A DNA stretch of 64,000 nt from assembly GCA_964016885.1 (NCBI GenBank), contig OZ024741.1, positions 168,144,001 to 168,208,000 of the forward strand, given 5' to 3'. This document shows, one piece after another, positions 52,990-64,000 of the stretch (its first letter is position 1; each line of letters opens with the position of its first letter). Below the pieces are notes generated by a model. That model had not been told where the DNA came from. It saw nothing but the letters and a program-made list of their open reading frames with translations, and did not search any database. Both the position numbers and the translations under genes were made by a program. Origin of the DNA: Eledone cirrhosa. Its lineage: Eukaryota.

Positions 52990-53700
52990 TCAAATGCAAG
53001 CATAAATACCTAAAAGCGTTCTCTAGATATAGTCCAATCTAACCCATGATCTGATCCTACATCTCCTTGGACTGGCTGACTTTTATGACAAAGAAGTCTG
53101 GCACCAAATCTATTATTTCAATAACTAACTTATCTATAATGCTCAAACCTCAACTGTCTATAATATCTAAACCCATAGACTAAACAGCAAACTCCTTATG
53201 GATTTACAACTTGTTTCTTTTCATTATAACTGAGATGCCCATTTCCTAAAATGGTTCTCTTTGAACTGTAGATTAATTCCTTCTCAGTCAATGACATTCC
53301 TTACTCCAGCAGTACCAAACATACATGAAGCCCATTGGCTTATATCCACCTTACTTCGTCCTCTTTCCCTTTTAAATAAATACTTATTTTATTTCATGGC
53401 TATTATTCTCTGAAGATTTATCAATAATAAACATATTGTGAGTGAATGAATAGAAAAAATATATACCAATCCAGCCTTCATAGAAGATTATATAACAAGT
53501 GATGAAACATGTATAAGATTATATAATCAAATAAATGTCTCTTCAAATTTCTCCTCACTTCTTGCCTGTTTTTCCAAATATAATAATTTATACTAATTTA
53601 ATCTGTCAATTCTTGGAACCTGTACCATACTCAAGGATTTAACATTTGGAAAAGTATATCACAAGACTCCATTAACCACGTTAAGAAACTATATTTGGTA
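52990..53700 (-). pseudogene. Highly degenerate APE-type LINE remnant
   Basis: GDVGSDHGL endonuclease-like motif near 53040-53070; many stops. Confidence 0.35.
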
Positions 53701-53983
53701 AGCTATTCTTTCACTAATTGTTTACATAATCATTCTACAAATATGATTTTATCAATATGAAATGAAAACTCCCGTATCTTGCCATATATATATATATTTA
53801 TTTATTTAGGTTTGTTGGTTCACCACTGGATAGAACTGGTCATTCCGTATAGTCAACCTTGATGTAATATTAGGGAGAGCACTCGATGTAATGCAACTCA
53901 TCCATCTTCGTTTGTGTTGTTGGTGGTGCGAGTACAGAGTTAATTATTATAATAAAATATTATATTCCTTTGTTAAATTTCGA

Positions 53984-54041
53984 ATACCTGATGATGCCAC
54001 CGGATTCATACTGGACCCGGTCACTGAAATGATCATAGTAT
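53984..54041 (+). ncRNA. Minimal type I hammerhead ribozyme
   Basis: ATAC-CTGATGA-TGCCACCGG..CCGGTCACT-GAAA-TGATCA-TA-GTAT then AATAAA and (TA)n. Confidence 0.8.
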
Positions 54042-55954
54042 AATAAACCTTTTAAGGAATTACACCAGTCCAGCCTCCTGTTATTTTATAATATATATAT
54101 ATCAAAACAGTTAAATTTTGAAATGTATTTTTAAGGTTTCTGGAACTTCACCAATCCACCTTCTGAATGAAGTAGTTGACATTGGTACGTATTGCTTTCA
54201 TGTAATTGTATGCTTTGGTCATGATAGTTGGTCTGCTTCCATTATTCAACACCATCAAAGTTATTGGATTGACAGAATTGTTAGCATGTCAGATAAAATA
54301 TCTTTTTACATTTTTTCTGTGTTGAGGGAATATCTATATAAAAAAAAAACTAAAATGATCAAATATTAAAAAATTGGGTTAGTGACAAGAAATATATCTT
54401 TCTAAGTAGGTATAGAAAAAACTGGGGGAAATGACACAAGAATGAAAGCTATTGTGATCAAGAATCTATAATAGTAGATAATAAAATAGCTCAGTGCAGT
54501 TAGGTAGCTGTAAGTCCTTACCACATATGTATTTAGTTTGCATAGCCTAAGAATTATAGTTTTTCAATATTGGTTAATAGTGTTTGTGATTCAGTTTCAA
54601 TTCCCATTTGAAGTCAATTCAATTTACATATACTTCTTTCTTTTCCAGCAAATTCCTGGCCTTGTGCCATGTAAGAAATTAACATTGTATTTACACGAAG
54701 CCAAATCAATCAATACAGCACTTCGATTTCTAGTAGAAGCTATTTTATTTTTAATTACATCACTAATGCGTTGAAAGAACATGAAATAATAACTTTCTAT
54801 TTCTGTTCCCCTTCAATTCTGGGGCCTTTGTGTCTGGAAAAAGAAAATTCGAGAATAAAAAAAAAATAGTATTTCAATGTTCACATTTTCAATATCGATT
54901 GTTCATATTGGAAGATGATCATGAATTTCTAAAGAAAGCAGGGTAATCAATTCAATTGATTCCTTATGCAATCATCAGTGATTTAAATTCCTAACAAATA
55001 AAGACATTTATTCAATAAGGCAGTTAGACCAGCATTCTGACGTTTTTGTCTCTGCATTAACATAAGATACTAAGTATTGACTCAGATGACATTGGATGAC
55101 AAAAAAAAAAAAGAATATTGAGCAAAATCTTGCAATATGTAGTTACATTCCTTTTCATTCTAAGTTCAAATTCTGTTGGAGTATCATCCTCACTTTTCAT
55201 CCTTCATATAATAATAAAGGTTTTACTCTTGCTAAAGTAGAAATTAGACTTGTAGGACTCATGATATTGGTTTCTTTAAGAGGCTATGTTTTGCAACCAG
55301 ATGCCCTTCCTGATGCCAAATCTTTTAGTCACTTTTTATAATGCACAGGGATAGGGTGTATAAGCTATATACTAAAAATAATGCCAGGAGTATAATTTAA
55401 ACCAATTCAATTAATTATATCTTTCTCTATAAAACTACATCTTTGTATCAATAAAGTTAACAGGTAAATTATCTAGAATTTAATATCTGTTCAATTGCAT
55501 TGAAAGTGAATGTATTTCCACAGATTTTAAACACCGATAGAAAAAAAATATGAAGTATATGAAAAAATAAGGTGCTTTTGTCTAGAACATGTGGGTGCTT
55601 TGATGAACCCACTGAAAAAATACTTATGGTTATCCCAGTGATTCCTGGGAAGTATATAATGCATAGTGGGCAAGCAGAAACTGACTCAACTTAACTAGAG
55701 GGTTCCCACCCTTGGATGGATGGGTAACCCTAATTGATTTTTATGTTTTATATTATATCTTGTGTTAATTATTGTGTGATTTATAGTGATTTTATACTTA
55801 TTTCATGTTTTTACCAAATTCTATCTATCTATTGTATAATGTCCATGCCCCTACCTTAATTTTGGTCGTCCAGCCCCACATATATTGTAACACCTTTGTT
55901 TATAATGTTTACTGTAGTCTATGTGCAATCTTCTTGTAGTTAATAAAGAAATTA

Positions 55955-56790
55955 TTATTGCAGCCTCAGACATTCAGGACGTATCGGAGGGTTCTTGCTG
56001 TTCCCAGCAAGCATGCCTTTTGAAGTGTTCCAAAAAGCGGGGCTGGACTAATCTTCTTTAACCATCCTTGGAAACTCTTTGAGATAGTACCTAGTGTGCC
56101 TATGACAATCAGGACAACCTTGATTTCATGGCAGTTCCAAATCCTGGTATCGGTTAATTTTATCCCTCTCCTTTTCTTGCACTCTCATGTCAAATGGGCA
56201 GGCTACATCTACAATCAGGCACAATCTTTTTTCCTTGTCCAAAACCACCAGGTCAGGCCTATTGTGTTCTAATTTCTTGTCCGTCTGTATCCTAAAATCC
56301 CATAGCAACTTCACCTGATCGTTTTCTATCAACGACTCTGGCTTATGCTCATACCACTTCTCAGAATGTGGTAAATTGTTTACTTTGCATAGGTGCCAGT
56401 GGATCACCCTGCCGATCACATCATGTATCCAGCCTTTATAGTGAGTCTGGGCTAGGTGTTTACACTTGGATACAATGTGAGCCACAGTCTCCTCTCTCTC
56501 TCCACAGATCCTACACAGTGAACTAGCCTCCTCTTTGTCAATATGGTGTTTCACCCACTTCGTTCTGAGGGCCTGCTCTTGCGCAGCCATTAGCATTCCT
56601 TCTGTAGCTTTTTTAAGGTCTCCTCTTTTTAACCAGATCCATCTCTGTGGATCTCTAAATTCCGTTTTCTTAAAGAAGGTGCTATGACGGGATTTTTCAT
56701 GAAGGTTGCTCTTTCTCTTTGTTGTTATTTCATCCTTGGACATCCCCTGGTCTATTGTCTCTTCCTTCAGTACAATTTTGAGCATTGGCT
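55955..56790 (-). mobile_element. R4/Dong-clade LINE 3' fragment in (AAT)n context
   Basis: AAQEQAL, CRICGEREETVAHIVSKC, LLWDF, HNRPDL, IVDVACP, KINRYQDL, VIGTLG, LLGTARTLR; (AAT)n at both flanks. Confidence 0.9.
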
Positions 56791-56833
56791 CCCTACTGTC
56801 ATTATTATTATTATTATCACTATTATTATTATT

Positions 56834-57040
56834 AGGATTAGCAGTATCGGTAGAGCATCGGAAACCATGCTTTGTAGCATAGAGTTACACCCCTTTAATA
56901 TCTGAGTTCAAATCTCGCTTTGCTTTTCATTCTTATGGGGGTCAATAAAATAAAGCATTAGTGATGGACTGGGGTCGATTTAATCAATTTTCCTCTCCCA
57001 CAAAATTGTTGGCCTTGTACCTATAGTAGAAATCATTATT
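56834..57040 (+). mobile_element. SINE family A (older copy follows at ~57053-57280)
   Basis: Shared head/core. Confidence 0.8.
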
Positions 57041-57489
57041 TTTATTATTATTGGATTAGTAGAACTTTTAGAGCACTGGAAAAAATATCATATGGTATTT
57101 ATTTCGACTTTTTACATTCTGAGTTCAAATCCATAATGTCCATTCAAGGTCAAATTTGCTTTTTATTCTTCCAGGGTTAATAAAATAAAAATACCTGTCG
57201 ATTTAATTTACTCTCCTTCACCAAAAAAAATAATAAATAATAAATCTTCTGGTTTTGTTCCCAAATTAGAAGCCCTTATTAAAATTACTGTTGTTATTGA
57301 GTAATTATAATACTAGACATGACTTAATTTAATCAACTGTAAATCTCCATTGAGTTATTATAATACTAGACATATCTTAATTTAATCAACTGTAATGCTC
57401 CATTTCCAAAAATTTGTATTTGTGCCAGAGGTATAAAAAACACTATTATAAATACAAGGCCGATAAGTTTAAAAAAGCCGGTACAATAC

Positions 57490-57600
57490 ATATAATAAAA
57501 GACCAATATCTCAATACGTGTAATAAAAGACCGATATCTCAATACATGTAATAAAAACCCAATATCTCAATATCTAAAATAAAAGACCGATATCTCAGTG
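57490..57600. repeat. 28-bp tandem repeat, 4 copies
   Basis: TAATAAAAGACCGATATCTCAATAC.TG. Confidence 0.8.
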
Positions 57601-57927
57601 CTTCATATTAACTATACAGTTTTATTATTATAAATATAAAAATTTCATCTCGTGCAAATAAAATGATATTCTAGAATTTCAATTAACAATAAACAAACAC
57701 AGATATGTTAACTACAATATTGTTAACACCAAAAGCTTTAGTTGTTGTGGATGTTTTGGTTATTTTGGTTGTATATTAGCTGTCATTAAGTTTTATTATG
57801 TTTTGTGAGGTAAGACATTAAGTAACCAGATTTATGACTAGGTCTCAATAGAGCAAACAAACCATGTCAATTTTAAAGATTTATTGTTATTTTATATTGA
57901 TTACTTTACTTTATTTTACTTTTACAT

Positions 57928-58106
57928 GGATTGGCAGTATCAGTGGAGGGTCAGACGCCATGCTTTCCAGCATAGTTACGTCCCTTTACGATCTGAGTTC
58001 AAATCCCGCCGAGGTTGACTTTGCCTTTCATCCTTACGGGGTTGATAAAATAAAGTACCCGTAATGCACTGGGTAATTGCTGGCCTTGTGCCTAAAGTAG
58101 AAACAT
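57928..58106 (+). mobile_element. SINE family A
   Basis: Shared head/core; TTTATTTTACTTTAC flanking duplication. Confidence 0.88.
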
Positions 58107-58698
58107 TTATTTTACTTTACTTTACTTTTCTTTAAAAATAACACCCATCTCATTTTATATCTGCCATATACTTGAATATGGAGGCCTCTTTTGTATATAT
58201 ATACACACTTCTGTGTACATACATATATATATGCATCTGTATGGATTTGGGTGTGTAGATGTGTGTGTGTGTCTGTGGGGGTGGGTGTCAGTGTATGTAC
58301 AAGTCAACCAACATAAGTCTTTTTATATGTAAACTTTCTAAGTATTTGACATAATTTTCAGTTTTACCACCCCACATAAATTCCTCAATTTAAGAATGCC
58401 CTGTAGTATCGAATTTCATACTATTAACCTTAATTGAATATATATCTGACCAGGAATGCTTTTTGTGAAAATCAGTCATATGGAACTATTGTCATCTTGC
58501 CTGATGGTTTGAACTTTACAACACCACCTGCCTCTTTGAGGTCAAATACCAATCCTACTAGCATCAACAAACCTACCAATGAGAATTAAGATTATTCCTG
58601 CTGACAACATTAAATTATCCCTAACAAGCTCATATGTCCCAAGGCTCTAAAACCATCAACACCAAAAACCCAGAGCTGGCATATCTAAGAACTTACTG

Positions 58699-58754
58699 AC
58701 TGCCTGATGAGGTCATAGCCATACAATGGCTATCATTGAAATATATATAGCGGT
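58699..58754 (+). ncRNA. Minimal type I hammerhead ribozyme
   Basis: ACTGC-CTGATGA-GGTCATAGCCAT/ATGGCTATCATT-GAAA-TATATA-TA-GCGGT then AATAAA and (TA)n. Confidence 0.82.
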
Positions 58755-58994
58755 AAATAAAGGATTATGAGTTCATACAATTGACTTATGTTTCGTCACT
58801 ATATATATATATATATATCACAGAAAAAAGAGAATCAGTGTTGCGACGAAAGGAATTTATTGGACATATAATTGTTTCTCAGGCGATCAGCTCAAGGCAC
58901 GATCGATGTGGTGATCAAACCTGACTCTGAAATCGCGTGGTCCTCGGATACGTCTCGATTCTACGAAGCAGATTTTCCTATATATATATATATA

Positions 58995-60237
58995 CTAGCA
59001 TTAAAGCCCGGCGTTGCTCGGGGTCATTAAGTTACCAAAGTTAGGTTGCACCACCCATTTTATGGCAGCACTTTTTTGTCTGCCAGGCACTGGGTGAATG
59101 AATTGCAGACCTGGAAGCAGGAGCTGCGCCAGCAGTGACAATTGTAGTTTCGCCTATGGATATTATCTCTGTGCAAAAAAGTGTTGAAATTTATTGTTTC
59201 ACAGTACTTGCGCAACACGCATGTAGACGATGCCAGCCGAACAACAGAGCTGCGATGGAGTTGTTCTGCATGGTTGTCTGTGTGTTTTCTAAATTTAAGA
59301 CAGTAGGGAGGGTTGTGATATGAAGGAGAGTTAGCTGTTGTTTCTCATAGAAGATATGTTTTCTAAATTTAAGACAGTAGGGAGGGGTGTGATAGGGGGG
59401 AGAGTTAGCTGCTGTTTCTAGCAGGTTTAGTAACCTCATAGAGGATATGTGTTTTCTAAATTTAAGACAGTAGGGAGTGGTGTGATATGGGGGAGAGTTA
59501 GCTGCTGTTTCTAGCAGGTTTAGTGACCTCATAGAAGATATGGTTTCTAAATTTAAGACAGTAGGGAGGGGTGTGGTATGGGGGGGGGGAGTTAGCTGCT
59601 GTTTCTAGCAGGTTTAGTGACCTCATAGAGGATATTATTGTTTATTATTATCTATAAAAGGCAGATTGTTGTTGTTGTTGTTGAAGTGAGTGTGTATTTG
59701 TATGCGTTTGGAAAATAGGTTTTAAAAAAGATTTATCGCTTGTTGTTGAATAAATGTATCTGTTGCTTTGAATAATTGTCGTTTCGTATGAAATGTAATA
59801 ATTGTTTCTACTTTTTTGGCACAAGGCCAGCAATTACCCAGTACATTACTGGTACTTTATGTAATAATAAACGTTCTCTATCTCTCTCCCTCTCACTCTC
59901 TTCTCTCTCTCTCTCTTCGGCAATCACGCACGTTGTCAGATGATATGAGAGAGTAAAACGGACAGTATCACCATCAAGCTTGGAAAGAGAAAGTATGAAG
60001 TTGTATAGATTTTGAATGGTAGTGGAAAGGATTTAGAAGTTTAAATGACAGAGGAAAATCGTAAAATATTGCGTTTTATCTATTTTTTGCGTAATTGTGG
60101 GTGAATGTGAAAAAATTAGATGTGCCAAGACGCAATCGATGCTATTTCGAATACTGAATTGTAAATTTCAATTGAAGAAATTCTATATCGTAGATTTCTA
60201 TAAGAAAGGAGCATGACCACACACTGAGCTTTATAGA
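58995..60237 (-). mobile_element. Non-autonomous Helitron with internal ~92-bp tandem repeat and SINE fragment
   Basis: Minus strand 5' A|TCTATAAAG; 3' CCCGAGCAACGCCGGG hairpin + CTAG|T; four repeat units 59280-59635; SINE A tail ~59800-59860. Confidence 0.75.
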
Positions 60238-60269
60238 TTATATATATATGTATTAAATAACAGATTAAA

Positions 60270-60318
60270 GTTTAAGCAAAGAATCGCTGCTTTCACCCTT
60301 AACGGGATCTTCTGAAAC
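60270..60318 (-). ncRNA. Degenerate hammerhead (CAGAAGA core)
   Basis: Minus: GTTT-CAGAAGA-TCCCGTTAAGGGT-GAAA-GCAG..TTGC-TT-AAAC. Confidence 0.5.
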
Positions 60319-60676
60319 TAACAAAGTCAATCTGTAAACGCAGAACTGGATATTTCAAAAAACGTTGCAACCGGAGGAAGACAGGAAGACGATACTTTGG
60401 TTCGTGGAAACGTTCGCTGGCAAAGAACGGGAAAAAACGAATAATACGTCATTAATAGGAGCGGTGAAAAACAATTACGCGCAAAGACAGAACCACGTTT
60501 ATGGTATAAAAGAGGTCGTAGACTAATGTTCTCTTAGGTGGTGCATAGAGACGTTCTCTGGCAATGAACGAAAAAACGAAGATAATAAGTCATATGTGGA
60601 GCGTGGAGAACAATAGCACGTAAAGACAAAACCACGTAAATGGTATAGCAGAAGTCGTAGACTAAAATTCTAACTA

Positions 60677-60745
<69 letters not shown>

Positions 60746-60764
60746 CATACATATATATATATAC

Positions 60765-60945
60765 ATAACATATTTTTAATATGATATCCCAGAAATATAT
60801 ATAACGAAATAAATATGGTTTTATAAATATAAATATAGTTTCCATTTGTTTAATATCGTAAACCTACTCCAGAAACTGTTGAGTGCTTTTATATCAGTTA
60901 TAAAATATTTACTCGTTGTAACCCAACAATCTTAAATAAAACTTT

Positions 60946-60950
<5 letters not shown>
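60765..60950 (+). mobile_element. pLTR fragment of the 2932-7565 PLE family (hammerhead 3' half)
   Basis: Reverse complement of ~7160-7340. Confidence 0.8.
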
Positions 60951-60992
<42 letters not shown>

Positions 60993-61057
60993 ATACATGC
61001 ATGAATATACACACATATTACTTTACCTGATTTTTCAACTATTATTTCTAGTGATAA

Positions 61058-61250
61058 GGGCGGTGGATTGGCAGTATCGGTAGAGGGTCGGACGCCATGC
61101 TTTGACGTATAGAGTTACGGCCCTTGCCATTCTGAGTTCAAATCCCGCCGAGGTTAACTTTGCCTTTCATCCTTACGGGGTCGATAAAATAAAGTACCAG
61201 TAATGCACTGGGTAATTGCTGGCCTTGTGCCAAAAGTAGAAACAATTATT
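61058..61250 (+). mobile_element. Full-length SINE family A with 15-bp TSD
   Basis: TSD ATTATTTCTAGTGAT on both sides. Confidence 0.92.
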
Positions 61251-61849
61251 TCTAGTGATCACTCATTGGCTTTGGGACCACTACATTTCAAATTTAAACA
61301 ACAGTTTTAAATATAGGGGCCCAAGGATGGTTTGTGTGGTTAAGGAGTTTACTTCACAGCAATGTGATTTTAGGTTCAATTCCACTGCATGTCAACATGG
61401 GCAAATGTCTTCTTTTATAGCCATATAAAAGAGAAAGAGAGTGTGTGTTTATATTATACAATGGTGATATTGCATTTTCAAGGGATAGTTTCCCTATAGT
61501 AGTTAATGCCAATAATCAAAGGAAACAAAGAGGAATAACTATTACTAAAATCATTGTATATAAAAAGTATTAAATTAATGGTATAAATAATGGTAATGAT
61601 AATTAATGGCATAATCATTCAATATTATAATTATATTGATACAACAGTTAATGATTGTAATGTTATCAGTTATTAGATGATGTGGCAAAAATACAATAAT
61701 TCCATTTTCATTCTCGTCTATCCATCTGCAGGAGATAAATTACTTTAATGAAATTATGTCTGTTTGTACAATTATATATCAGAGTAATTGTTGTGTCTTA
61801 GTTTTCAACAACCACAGAGTTTCTACAGGTGTAGTTAGTTATCATTAAT

Positions 61850-62240
61850 TGTATTTTCACTGTGTGCTGTCATTGCATTACTAATAACAGTTCTGTCTAC
61901 CTTGGGCATCTACTGTGTTGTTGTTGCTATTGTATTTAGAGTACTCTGCATAATATATCTATAGTGCCCAGTAGTGCTATTTCCTGTGTGTTCTATATAT
62001 TTGTAAATCCTGGGATTTTTGTCATGTATTTGCCTGTGTCTATCTATCATTGCCAGAGCATCTATTATTGTTAGGATTACTTCTGTGTTTCTGTATTCAT
62101 CATCCATATTTATATTATTTCCATTATCATTTAGGCTATTATTATTATTATCATTGTTTTTTTCTTTTCCTTCAGTATTGTTTCTGTTATATGCCAAGTG
62201 TCTTCTTGACACCTAGGGCAAATAAACTCACTGTATACAT
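61850..62240 (-). pseudogene. Degenerate R4/Dong LINE 3' remnant
   Basis: IIDALAMI (cf. IIGALGMI) and QEIALLGTIDILCRVL. Confidence 0.5.
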
Positions 62241-62616
62241 TGGTAAGCCAGTTAACACACCAAATTGATTATAATTTACAGCTTAAAAAAAAAAAACTAA
62301 ATAAAAAAAACATATATATATATACAACAAACGTGTACATACATATACATATATACTTACACAAACATACACATACATACACACATATACACATCCACAC
62401 ACAGATGCACATACACACAGGCACATATACATAACACACACAGATACAAATACATACATATACGCATACACATATATACACACATTGCTCCAGTTTACTC
62501 AGCTGTAGAAATGAGGTCCCTATCATTAAATCACCCAAGACACCTCCAACGAGATATACCTTGGAGGAGGCCAGCTAAACCTGCATAGTGTGAGCTGTCG
62601 TCACTCACACATACAT

Positions 62617-62658
<42 letters not shown>

Positions 62659-62837
62659 ATAAAAGATATGCACGCACACACCCTCACACCCCCATAGCCT
62701 ATTCGACCAATCAAACCTCAGCATGCCATTTCTTCTACTACTACCTAACTCTCTCCTCCCCCGTCCCAGCCCAACACACCCTGCCATTATTACCACCACC
62801 ACTGTTCTTCTAGCCCTGAATTTTCCTACCGTTATGT

Positions 62838-64000
62838 ATGGATGAACTGAGAATAAATTGGAGCAACTCTGAATTAATAGATGAAATGAATATGAATGCG
62901 CGAGCTACCAAGCACCCATGTGAAGCCCCAATCCAGAGAGAGGAAGCACACACACACCCCTGCAAAAATCGAGCCTTCCCTACGAGTGTGGATAAATGCC
63001 CAAAACTCCGAGTTGGTACCATCAATGTAAGCACAATGAAAGGAAGAGCAGGAGAAATCGTAGAAATGCTAGAGCGAAAGGAAATTGATGTATGCTGTGT
63101 GCAAGAGACTAGATGGAGAGGAGAGTCTGCTAGAGTCCTTGGAGGAAAAAGTCAATGCTACAAATTTTTCTGGGTAGGAAATGACGATGGGATGGGTGGT
63201 GTAGGTATTCTACTAGCCGACAAGTGGGTAGATAAAGTAATCTCAGTAAATGCAAGAATCATTAAACTCAGACTAGTCCTGAATAAAACAATTACCACAA
63301 TAATATCAGCTTACGCACCCCAATCGGGGTTGCCAGACAAACTTAAGGATAGATTTTACGAGTCCCTCATGCACACTACTGCTCTAACAAATGACAATGA
63401 CTTCCTAATCATCGCGGGAGATTTTAACGGACACGTAGGTAAACACCGTGATGGCTTCTATAGAGTCCATGGAGGCCATGGGTGGGGTTGGCACAAGAAA
63501 TGAAGAAGGATTCAGGCTTCTAGAATTCTGCGACGCCAATGACATGTCGATATGTAACACAAACTTCAAAAAACCCGACAACCACCTGATCACCTATAGA
63601 TCAGGGGAGCATCCTAGTCAGATAGATTTTATCCTCATCAGAGGACGTGATAGATGGACGGTTGTAAACACAAAAGCCTTCCCTAGTGAGGAATGTACTT
63701 CCCAACATAGCTTATTTGTCAGCGACTGCCCGTTCAGAACTAGACGAACCTGAAAACAGAAGCCAACCTGGAGAAGAAAAATCTTGAAGCTGAAAGACCC
63801 CTCAGCCAGCAACAGATTTAAAGATATTTTACACAACACCTATGGCAGTAAAGAAGAACAGATAGAGACATTCAATGTAGAAGAGCACTGGGAGTTCCTA
63901 AAAAATAACTTACTAGAGGCGACGGATGAGGTCTGTGGCTGGAGTAAGGCCACAAGCAGGAGGAGAGTGACTTGGTAGTGGAACAATAAGGTAGATGAGG
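62838..64000 (+). mobile_element. RTE LINE 5' part (AP endonuclease), frameshifted, runs off window
   Basis: GTINVSTM, CVQETRW, GVGILL, SAYAPQ, GDFNGHVG, RNEEG, NTNFKK, QIDFIL, SQHSL. Confidence 0.9.

Overview
AT-rich, microsatellite-dense, repeat-saturated eukaryotic (animal) genomic DNA. The SINE families and (TA)n/(CATA)n load resemble octopus/cephalopod genomes (inference). I find no convincing host protein-coding gene; the window is a transposon graveyard. It holds two tail-to-tail Penelope-like retroelements (RT + C-terminal GIY-YIG, Naiad-like), one nearly intact with pseudo-LTRs. It also holds a 5'-truncated L1/Tx1 LINE, several RTE LINEs (one near full-length, BovB-like), R4/Dong restriction-like-endonuclease LINE fragments, a chimeric Ty3/Gypsy LTR structure, two non-autonomous Helitrons, MITEs and many tRNA-derived SINEs. 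The signal the ORF track misses is RNA-level: at least a dozen hammerhead-ribozyme motifs (CUGANGA...GAAA...UH) from several unrelated Penelope-like termini. Most have a palindromic minimal stem III of the dimer-type. They include a head-to-head inverted pair and a circularly permuted (type II-like) arrangement. Most long ORFs in the track are microsatellite artefacts.
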